Assembly: GCA_043228905.1 (NCBI GenBank)
Contig: JBHGNT010000021.1
Span: 3,596,001-3,660,000 of the forward strand
Reading direction: 5' to 3'
Length of the DNA: 64,000 nucleotides
From: Azolla caroliniana
Taxonomy: Eukaryota > Plantae > Polypodiophyta
The notes below the pieces were generated by a model. It saw only the letters and a program-made list of their open reading frames with translations. It was not told the DNA's origin and ran no database searches. A program made the position numbers and the translations under genes. Positions 10,189 through 20,451 of the stretch are shown piece by piece (position 1 is the first letter of the stretch; the number at the start of each line of letters is the position of its first letter).

Positions 10189-12575
10189 CCTATAGCGCCT
10201 TTGCTGAACCGGCCGAGTGTCGGGTAAGATGTGAATTTGATGTTGCTAGTATTGAGGATCCAACCCCTTCATATCGGTGTTTTAGATGGCTCAATGGTTG
10301 GTAAGGCATTGATTTCGAAGAGAGGGTTGATCGTGGGATGATCATCTAGGAAGTCATCGACCTCCTCATCGGCCAAACCGTCAAGCATATGGACCCCTTC
10401 CGCGTATAACGGCGAAGTGTTGAGGGCGACGGGGACTCGTTCTTCCGTGATGATTCGGACTTTTGTCTTGCCTCTTCGGAACGAGATCATGTTGCGTTGC
10501 CAATGTTGTTTGATATTCGTTGTACGCAACCATGGCCGGCCTAGTAACATTGGGTAGGCGCCTTGTGTCTCCAGTCTTAGCACGACGGCCGAGATCATGA
10601 ACATGTGGCCTCCGAGTGTGAAGTCGAGATGGCGGATTAAACCAAGGGGGCGAACGGAGCGGGTGTCGGCCATCCGAAGCCAAAAGGAGCATGGTTCCCA
10701 TTGATTCAGGCCGAGGTTGAGACACGTTGACTCGCTAATAACGTTTACGCCGGATCCGTCGTCGATGATGCATCCGTGCAGGTCTTGTCCCTTAATGATG
10801 ATTCACATGGCTGGGTTCTGAGAATCCATGAGTGGTGGACCGGTTCCTGCTTCGGTGAGGTGTATCGGTGGCGTCACGGGCTTAGTATTGGCCTGGAGTG
10901 CCGCCAGGGTGTCCCGAAATCTCGGCATGAGTGGTAACAGTTTATGTAGGGGCAGCGAGATGCGGGAGTTGGTAAGAACATCCCATAGTTGGTCGTCCTC
11001 CGACGACGTGGATGGTGCCGAGGTTTGTGGTACTTCACTGGGCCCGTCTCTCATGTCAGCTTGCATGCGTACGGCATTATTTTTATTGGCCATGTCGATC
11101 CATTCTTTTGCTGCCTGACGTACTTCATCCTGGATTTGCCACTGAGTAGTCTGCGCTTTACTCCGGGTAGTGACCGTTTGAACATCGGCCATGATACTGT
11201 TCACCGCGGGTGCCTTGCCACGGTTGGTTGTTGGGCATTGCGTGGCGTAGTGGCCTGGTTGGTTACATTTAAAACATGTAACGTTGGCCGAGTTGCTAGT
11301 GTCCGCTCGGTCTGTGTGTGGAAGTTGTTGTTGTTGATTCTCGGTCTCATTTGGTGGTGGGTTGTTCCGAGGTGCGTTGGAGTTGCGCTGGTCATTTTGA
11401 GGAGCGTCCCGTCGGCGGTTGTCATTAGGTCTTCTATTGTTGCGTGTGTTGCGGTTGTCGTTTCGCCGATCAATGCGTGAGTTCCGTCAGTCATACCGGT
11501 CATCGCGATCGTCATCATATCGAGCATAATCGTCGTGCCGGTCATCGCGATAATGATCACGGCGGTAGTCGTCGTCTCGGCGTCGTCGATTCGGGGATTG
11601 CGGTCGGTCGTTATCCTGGTCTTGGTAGACATATCGCTCGTCCTGCCGAGAGTATGTATTTCGTGGCTCGATCTGGCGGACTGGTGCCGCCGTTGTGCGG
11701 TTCAGCATATTATATTCGCACTGCTCGACCGTGTGAGCTCGAGACTGACAGATCGGACACTGTGGTCGGTGGGGACATTCGAGGGCCAGGTGCCCTGATC
11801 CTGAACACGTCGTGCATTGGAGGGCTTGGCGAAAGCGATTTTCCTCTTGGGGAAGAGCGTTTTGCAAGGATGTCATCGAGAAGGCCACGTCGTGCTGGTT
11901 TCGATCGAGGGCGAGAACGCGCGCTATGACTTGTTCGATAGTATGGTTGGCGAAATTTGTAAGTGCGAGAGTTGTTCGTAGAGGCTCTCGTAAACTGGAT
12001 AGGAAAGTGTCTGGTATATGTTGTGCCGAGACATCATCGGCCACTTGTCTATAGAGATCTTGGAATCGGATCGTGAACTGCGCAACCGTTTCGTGCAGTT
12101 CCTAGCATATAGAGAAGAATTGTCGGAGCAGTTCCCGTTTAGGCACCTCGCGATGAAAAAGTTCAAGGAACTTTGTGCGCACGATTTGGAAAGTGGTGGC
12201 CTCTCCTATTTCGAGGCGAGAGTACCATCGTGCGGTCGGTCCATCGAGGGAGAGTGTGAACTCGGCAATCTTTGAGGCATCGATCTCGGCTGGCTTGAGG
12301 CGGTGCGTTGAGTGGTTGGCCTGCCACGTGGATATGAAGGCACGGATGTGTGACTCCGCGTCTGGTCCGTCGGTGTATCGTGGGTATGGGTACGGCATGA
12401 TGTCGTACTCTGGGTCTTCTGGTAGCACCGGAAAAGGGTTTAGTTCTGGTTGATTGACCTTCGGAGGGCTCAACGGGGGTTTTGGTCGTGAATCAACTCG
12501 CGATCGAGTGTTCGGTGGCGAGGATTGCACTAGGGAAGCCTCCGATTGCTCGAGAAAGGATTGGTCAGTGACCAC
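10189..12575 (-). pseudogene. Gypsy B gag and protease, broken by stops and frameshifts
   Basis: Retrotransposon-gag-like SLDGPTARWY; CCHC knuckles CTTCSGSGHLALEC, CPICQSRAHTVEQC and CFKCNQPGHYATQC (~11235-11280); protease IIDDGSGVN (~10745-10770) and MLLGRPWL. Confidence 0.85.
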
Positions 12576-12704
12576 CGAGTCGGAAGTTCCTTCGACTGGC
12601 TCAGGGCGTCGGGCGGGTGGCCGAGACCTCGTGGTGCGAGAGGGAGCCGTAACGGCGGCTGGTGGTTACCTTCAACGAAGTTCGTTGTGCACTCACAGTT
12701 GTAA

Positions 12705-12716
12705 CCGGGTGTGCCA
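12705..12716 (-). promoter_or_regulatory. Gypsy B primer-binding site (TGGCACACCCGG, tRNA-Arg-like)
   Basis: TGG-initial motif 3-5 bp downstream of the LTR's terminal CA. Confidence 0.6.
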
Positions 12717-12719
12717 AAT

Positions 12720-13178
12720 TGTGTTACCCGTTCCCTTGGGTGAACACCTTCGATAGATCTGCGGCTATCGGTATTCAAGGGCGTGGTACGTGAAGGCTCG
12801 TAACAGAGGCGTCGAGGGAGAGACAGTGCTCAGAGAGAAAACACTAACGAGATCTTGACAGGCGTGGGCGGCGCTCAAATCATAGGTATGAATCAAAGCA
12901 CAGACACATGGAGCAAACTGGGCACAATTCAGATATATTACTACGACAGAAGAGATTACAGAACACGGCCTACGGCCGGTGACCTTACAAGATTAGCTAG
13001 TTACGAGGGACTCAGCTAGTGCTTCCGCCTATATTTTCTTCTCCCCCCCACTCTGAGGTACTGGTCCTTGTTTAAATAACTTTTCCCCTAATACACAGCC
13101 GAGTCGTCGGTGGCCCGTGATACTCGGACTCGGCGTTTGCTAATTTTCTAATTTTACATTTCTATCCTCTGGACAACA
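12720..13178 (-). repeat. Gypsy B 5' LTR (~459 bp)
   Basis: Begins TGTTGTCC (13178) and ends ...GGTAACA(CA) beside the PBS; base composition changes beyond 13178. Confidence 0.7.
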
Positions 13179-14951
13179 AAGTCATCATTTGCAAATTTAC
13201 AAATAAATGTCATAATTGAGAGTGCATGTTGTGACTATGAAAGAAACTTGTGCAAGGGCTATGAGAGGGAGGCGGGGAGAGAGAGGAATAGAGACTTTAT
13301 TTCACCCTAAAATGCCAAATATGACTTATATGTCCAAAAGCAAGAATCGAAATGTCTAATCATCAAAGAAAGTACATTCATTTAATAGTTAATGAAGCTA
13401 GCTAGCTTGTCGAAAAAAGTTTTTTAACTCTTAAGATTGAAGTCAAAGGTTAGAGCTAGAGTTTGACAAAGATAAGGTGTCATTCTTATAGTGGAATATT
13501 GTAACCTTGTTAAATAAAATTTTACATTCTAAATTGAATAGGACATATTTTTATCATGTATTGTTTAAATTTTGATTCTTTAATCCCACACTATCTCCAT
13601 CTCTTGTATGTGCTCATATCTCTCCATTTCCTTTACAAACTCCCCTCATCCATAACCCCATACACTAATCACGAACTTTATGACACCTTACAATGTGATT
13701 ATAAAGTAATTACAATCGTGACAAAAAAGATAAGGTAACAATATAGATCCAATTTTTCCATTAAGAAGAGATTTGGACAAGTGGCATTATTTGAACCCAT
13801 GGATCCACATACAACATGTCACTACGAGTAAGGACTTGGCAATCCTTATCAAAAGCCTCAATGTCTCATTATATGCCTTATAGAAATGTTCTCCAACGAA
13901 TGAGATTGGGTATTAGATTTATTTTGTGGCTCGGGTAAATTTTTATAACTTTGTATGTTATACCTTTAGAAAACAAACAAGTTTACGTTTGGCTAAAGCA
14001 ATCTTCGTTTTAATTTGGTAACAGATACTACAACTACATGTGCATTGAAGCTATTCTGAAATATTGTTGCATTGGAGAAGAATGAAGAGCAAGTGAGTTC
14101 CATTAACATGAGGATTAAGGCCTTATGGGAATGCCCAAATCAGGATGAAGAAGTAGGGACAAAGCATATCACAAATACGAAATGTTTTCAACTTTCTTCT
14201 CATGAGCCTATTCCTCCATTAGCTAGTGAACCTAGGGAACTTATTGACCTTGACGACAAGTTTCTAGAGGACACTATTATTGCCAACCTATGTGGATGTA
14301 GATACCCTAATAGTTATGTGATCCATTACATTTAGAATGTTGTATTAAAGTTTTAATCTAAGCTTGATTGTTTTCATTGTTTATGAATCTTTTCTACATT
14401 TTGGAGTATTAAATTTATGAATGTTGATGAGCATTACATATTCTTGGGTGTAAATGTTTATGGATGTCTGAATTGCACTACATTCTCAAATCAAAACTCT
14501 CATGGGTGTCTAGGAGTATCCACTATATGATGCGTGAATTTATGGATGTTGATCAACACTTTATTTATAACTCAACACTTTAATGGGTGTGTATTGGTAT
14601 CATCTAGAAGATATTTTAGATGGAATTTATGTCTATATCCTTCATGTATTTGATACGCTTGGATTTTTCTTGATATGTTGAATCCGTGTGTAACTAACAC
14701 GCTTGGATTTTTCTCAATGTGTTGAATCCGTTTGTAGCCAATACAAAAACAACAACACTTGGATCATAGTTGAAACTAAGGTTTGGTGTGTTACCTTATC
14801 TACATAAAACATTTTCACTAACAATAGATATTACCTCCTACAAGTTTCACTAAGGATTAGACTACGTAAAACATATTCACTAACTACAAGCGTCACTTCC
14901 TCTTCTGGAACCTACATCTCCTCACGATGGTTAAACTTGTAATATTAAGTT

Positions 14952-15195
14952 GTGTCAAATGAGAAAACCATTATGATATTCTTGATTTTTAAAAACTTTT
15001 TATATTTGAAGATCATCAACTTTAAAACTTTCCAAATTTCAAAATAGAGTTTTGAAACTTTAACTTATGTCAAATGAGAAAACCATTGTGATATTCTTTA
15101 ATTTAAATGCATTTCAATCTGGAGATCATCAACTTAAAAAATGTTCAAAAAACTATTTAATTTTAGAAATAGAGTTTTGAAACTTGTCAAAATTT
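14952..15195. repeat. Tandem duplication, 2 x ~115 bp
   Basis: tgtcaaatgagaaaaccatt.tgatattctt...aaatagagttttgaaactt occurs twice. Confidence 0.8.
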
Positions 15196-15764
15196 AAAAA
15201 TTTAACGAATTCTATATGGGTTGTCGAACATGTGATACTGGTGTATCAAGTTTTTGAATATTGTGTAAAATTGCACGATTAAATTTAAGGAATCTACAAG
15301 TGGAATGAGCGATCCTTTCGTTTCTGAACGTGTTGGGAGAAAAAAGGAAAAATATACATATTCTTTTGTAACTGTGACAATACCCCTTTTATCCGCTTTC
15401 TCCTTTGAGGCCCGCGACATCATGATAACGTTCTGTAACATGATCAGACATTGCTTTATGCAATTGAAGGGTATTGGAAATTCCCACAAGAACCCCTTGT
15501 GGGTAACAATCGACAATTGTTCAATTCGAGAGTGTTAAAATCGAACCATTTAAAAATTTTGAAACTTGAACCAAACCATGAAACCATTTAAACCAAAACC
15601 GTTTAAATCGAACCATTAGAAGAAAACTCCAACCTGTTAAAACCGCAGTTTCATGGTTTGGTTTTGATTTTCAACTTAGGTCAAAATTCAAATTTAAAAT
15701 TTAAAGATTTTTCCTAAAATGTGAGAGTTAGGCTTAAAAATGAAAAGGTCGTCATCATTCTTCC

Positions 15765-16130
15765 TTGTCTTTACATGTGAGAAGTTTTCATGTATACGCT
15801 ATCAAGTTCTTCTCGTGCAGTTATGTTTGGCAAATTGTTTCCTCTTTGGGTTTATGGGTTCTTTGGAAAGTTAGGTGTTCCAAGCTATACAACGATGAAA
15901 ACACTCATGTTGTAGATCAGTTTAAGTCTTTTTGGGACTTACTAGTACATACGGTTAAAGGTGATTATGGCATTTATAAGGGATCTGGAAACACAACTAA
16001 TAAAAAAAGGAGAATTCGAAGAGTTTGGTCATCTATTCTTATCATGTTGGATGCAAGTGCTAATGTCAGGTGGAATTACATATCACCTCATTGGTTGTTC
16101 CCGCCATTGGCACCGCCCTTAGAGCAAACT
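15765..16130 (+). mobile_element. 5'-truncated L1-type LINE fragment (ORF2 C-terminus)
   Basis: W..VSSLGLWVLWKVRC...Y matches the plant L1 ORF2 C-terminal W.IWK.RN motif. Confidence 0.55.
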
Positions 16131-16229
16131 ACATGACTGAACATGGAAGAGGTGGTTGTGGCACATAGGAAGAGTCTTTTATAAAAGAAGCTTTTGGCAG
16201 CAGTCTCCAAGATGCTTGTTGTGGATAGT

Positions 16230-18130
16230 AAAGCAAATGATTTACTTTAGATAAGGATGAGTGATAATGATTGGTGGTGGTTGAGCATATTTTCATAAGG
16301 AGAGGAGAGAGTGCATTCATGTCTACTTCTATAGGTTTAAGCTATTGGGGATACTCGATGACATCGAGATGGTTGATGTGGCCTTGAGGAAGCAGTTTTT
16401 TCTGTTTTTTTATCAGGATGAGTGATTATGGTGTGGGAGCTAAAGCAGATTTTCTTGAGTACATGAGAAACTGTTTTTAAACTCATTTGTTGTGTTGTCC
16501 ATATAGGATTTCGCTCATAATTATCGACATGGCGAGATGGTCGACGACATGGTTGATGTGGATTGAATGAAACAGGTTTTATTTTTCATTACGATGATTG
16601 ATGATGTCGGTGGGGATTGAAGCATGTTTCCATGAAGAGAGGATGAGTGATGATAGTGCAACCGTCGAAGCATATCATGAGGAGATGTGGAAATTGTTTA
16701 GACTCATTTTGTTGTTGTTTTGTGCACACCCTTGCTAGTAATCGGCGGGGTGTTTGATGCAGACTGAATGAAGCAGTTTTTTGTTTGGAGATAAGGATGA
16801 GTGAGAAGCATATTGTCTTGAGGAGCTGTCGTTTGAGGTAGTTGATTTTTGGTTTTCATTACGATGAGTGATGGTGGTGTGGGAATTGAGCATATTATCA
16901 TGAGATGAGTGATGATGGTGTGGGAACCAAAGCAAATTTTCATGAGTACGTGACAAAATGTTTTTAAACTTAATGTTGGGATGGTTGGTGAGATGGTTGA
17001 TGTGGATTGAATGAAGCAGATTTTGTTTTTCATTACCGTAATGATGATTGATGATGGCAGTGGGGATTGAAGCATGTTTCCACGAGGAGAGGATGAGTGA
17101 TGATGGTGATGCGGCTGAAGCATATCATGAGGAGATGTGGAAATCGTTTAGACTCATTTTGTTGTTGTTTTTTACAAGCCCTTAGTGGTAATTAGCAAGA
17201 TGTTTGATGTGGACTGAATGAAGCAGTTTTTTTGTTTTGAGATAAGGATGAGTGAGAAGCATAATTTCTTGAGGAGTTGCCGTTTGAGGCAACTCATTTT
17301 CTGTTTTTCATTACGATGAGTGATGATGGTGTGGGAATTGAAGCATATTGTCATGAGTTGGTGCATTCATGTCTACTTTTGTAGGTTTAAGCTATTGGGG
17401 ATACTCGATGACAGTGAGATGGTTGATGTGGCCTTGACGAAGCTGATTTGTCTATTTTTGGATCGGGATGCGTGATGATGGTGTGGGAGCTGAAGTAGAT
17501 TTTTATGAGTATGTCAGAAATTGTTTTTAAATTCAATGGCGACATGGTTGATGTGGATTGAATGAAGTGGGTTTTATTTTTCATTATGATGATTGATGAT
17601 GGCGGTGGGGATTGAAGCACGTTTCCATGAGTAGAGGATGAGTGATGATGGTGTGGTGGCCGAAGCATATCATGAGGAGATGTGGAAATCGTTTAGACTC
17701 ATTTTGTTGTTGTTTTTTACAGACCATTGGTGGTAATCAGCGAGATGTTTGATGTGGACTAAATGAAGCAGTTTTTTGTTTTGAGATATGGGTGAGAAGC
17801 ATAATTTCTTGAGGAGTCGTCGTTTGAGGCAATTGATTTTTTATTTTTTCATTACGATGAATGATGATGGTGTGGGAATTGAAGCATATTATCATGAGTA
17901 GGTGAGGAATTTTTTTAACTCATTTCTTGTGTTGTCAGTACAAGATGTTGTTGGTAATCATCGCGATGGTGACATGGTCAAGCGAGATGGTTGATGTGGA
18001 CTGAACAAAGCAGGTTTTATATTTTTCATTAGGATGATTGATGATGGCGGCAAGGATTGAAGCATATTTCCATGAGAAAAGGATGAGTGATGATGTTGTG
18101 GGGGTTGAAGCACATTTTCTTGAGGAGATG
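16230..18130. repeat. Complex higher-order tandem repeat array
   Basis: Recurring gatgagtgatgatggtgtggga and gatgtgga.tgaatgaagcag blocks. One marker recurs at 16311 and 17361; another at 16667, 17117 and 17662. Confidence 0.9.
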
Positions 18131-18410
18131 ACAACACGTTATTATTCTGTTGTTAGAGGTAGCTGAGTTTGGTGGGAATCGTCGGCATGGCTGCACCGTA
18201 TTTATTCAAATTGTAGAAGTTGCGAGCAATCTGATATGTTTCAATCTGCAGTACAAGATTATGCTTTCTCTCTTCAAGGAAATAATAGCTTGTTGTACAC
18301 ACATGTTGAAGAAATGAGTTTATTGAATCCTTTTAGCATGGTTTATGGGAGATGTGGAATGCCATATGACGGTAGCGAACTGTATCAAAAACTGAAGGAA
18401 TGAGGAGTAA

Positions 18411-18553
18411 ATACATGGTTCACCACATTTTTATTTTTATTTTGTTTTAAAGGAAGATGCACCTTAGTATATTACTTGAAAAGTCTACATAGGAAAAACA
18501 AAAGGAGACATTTCATCTCACTTCTTTTTGTAAGATACATGGTTCACCACATT
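18411..18553 (-). mobile_element. 105-bp retroposed insert with a 19-bp target-site duplication and A-rich tail
   Basis: atacatggttcaccacatt at 18411-18429 and 18535-18553; a T-rich run follows the first copy. Confidence 0.65.
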
Positions 18554-20062
18554 ATCTTATGGTCCTTATCAAATGTTGTTATTAAGTGGACTTGAAAAGA
18601 CCTTGAGGGAGTGTCTACTTACCAAGATACGACTTCATGGAATGTTGTAAAGATCCTAGCAAACAGACTCTTTGGTGGCAACAATTCATCGACAAAGTTT
18701 CGATCAGATTGCAAGGATTTCTAATGGTGGTAGTTTGCTAATCAAAATGAGAGACGAAATGCTTAGAAATATATGTGGCATAGACTCCATTAATAAAGGT
18801 GATTGGTGGTATCTCCTTGATTAATATGGATGTTAAAGGTGACTGGATTGTTGAAGCTACATGACTGTTCAAGAGGTTTTTACTTAAATATGTTGCAATA
18901 TTCATTGTAATAGTGGATTGTTTTGTATATTGACTTCTTTAATACCAATGGAGGATTTTTTTTTAGAAAAAATAAATGAAAAGGTTGTTTAAGAAAAATA
19001 TTAAACAATATTTAAAAACCATCAAACTGTTTAAAGTGCGGTTTCAAACGGTTCAGATTGAACCAAACCAAACCGTTCAAAAAAACTTGAACCTAAACCA
19101 AACCGTTTTAATCGTTAAGCCGCCGTTTCACAGTTCATTTCAATTCAATTGCTATTTGCTATTTGCAGGAACCTCCATGTTAGGGAGTGGGAGCAAAAAG
19201 AGTAAACAAGAACAAACACTTGTTTGTTGTTCGTTGAGGAGCGGCAAAGTAGGAGGAACAACTGTAGCATTTCCTCGATTACACCAACAGAACAACATTT
19301 GTTATTGTTGCTACCACTGTAGCATTTCATTCCTTGCATTTCAAGATTAAACAAGCATGTCATCAAAATTACCAGCTTGAAAAATCAAGCATAGAGAATG
19401 ATTCTATGTATAAAATCACTAGAATTTCGGAGTCGTACCTCCAAGTGTTCAACATACCATCATTGGGCCACATTCACAAGGACTGTGAAGGAAATTTTGG
19501 TTGAGCGATGATACAAATTTTTACATTAAGAAGAGATTTTGACAAGTGGCACAATTCAAACCCGCATATCTAGATTTGAGAAAAGTTGACGCCCTTCCAT
19601 TGGGCAACATTCATTCAAGAAGGGCGAGAGTGGAAATCCCTAGGAAGGGTCCTTATTTCATTCATCCCTAGGTCGTTCGACCCAAGACATTTCGTCCCAA
19701 TGTCATCGGGCCTAGGACATTTGCGTCCGTCCGGCCCTAGCAAAGGCAGAAGCCACAATGTACATGGAATGGGAAAGAAGATAGACAAAGAAGTAATTGG
19801 CGTGATGTTTGATGCTCACAGATAGGCAGGAGGGGAGGGATAAAAGAAGGTAGCAGCACGTCCGTGTCTCCAAGAGACGATGCAATAGCTTGGTGCCGCC
19901 CGAAGCTAGAGGTGGAGGCTCGGGCCCGAGTGTAAGTTCAAGTGCCACATCACGCGGTTGTGCCATGGACGAGCCCCGTCTCACTTGGTTCAGGTCCCAG
20001 GAGGTTCCTCGCAGCGTGTGTGTGTACACACGAGATCCCCGAAGGTTTTTCATGGTCCAAAG

Positions 20063-20232
20063 AAAAGAAGAAGAAGAAGAAGAAGAAAGAAGAAAGAAGA
20101 AGAAGAAGAAGAAGAAGAAGAATGAAGAAGGGGAGGGAGGGAGGGAGATTCAAACACAAATCAATCAAATTCTAAAACATACCCCTCTCTCTCTCTCTCT
20201 CTAGAAATCCTCTGTTTCCTTCTTTCTTCAGA

Positions 20233-20277
<45 letters not shown>

Positions 20278-20350
20278 GAAATCCTCTGTTTCCTTCTTCT
20301 CTTCGTTCCTTCAGAATTCATCTCTCTCTCTCTCTCTCTCTCTCTTTCTG
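20063..20350. repeat. (GAA)n and three (CT)n microsatellites in the CAP-H promoter/5' UTR
   Basis: Directly visible. Confidence 0.95.
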
Positions 20351-20451
20351 TTCCTGTCTTCTTTCTTCACTTCTTTCCTTCAGAATTCCTCACTCTCTTC
20401 TGTTCCTTCCTTCCTCTCTTCTGTTTTGGTCTTCTCAAGCCCTGTTTCACC

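Larger units (their letters stand above)
6923..13178 (-). mobile_element. Ty3/Gypsy LTR retrotransposon B (non-chromoviral, Athila/Tat/Phygy-like), 5' LTR through extra ORF; 3' end lies outside the window
   Basis: LTR at about 12720-13178, PBS TGGCACACCCGG, then gag, PR, RT, RH, INT and a downstream ORF. Confidence 0.9.

Noticed and set aside
13850-14335. Possible hAT transposase C-terminal relic
   Set aside because: The resemblance is too weak to support by eye.
16704-17668. His-rich repeat ORFs
   Set aside because: They are translations of the tandem array, with frames not preserved between units.
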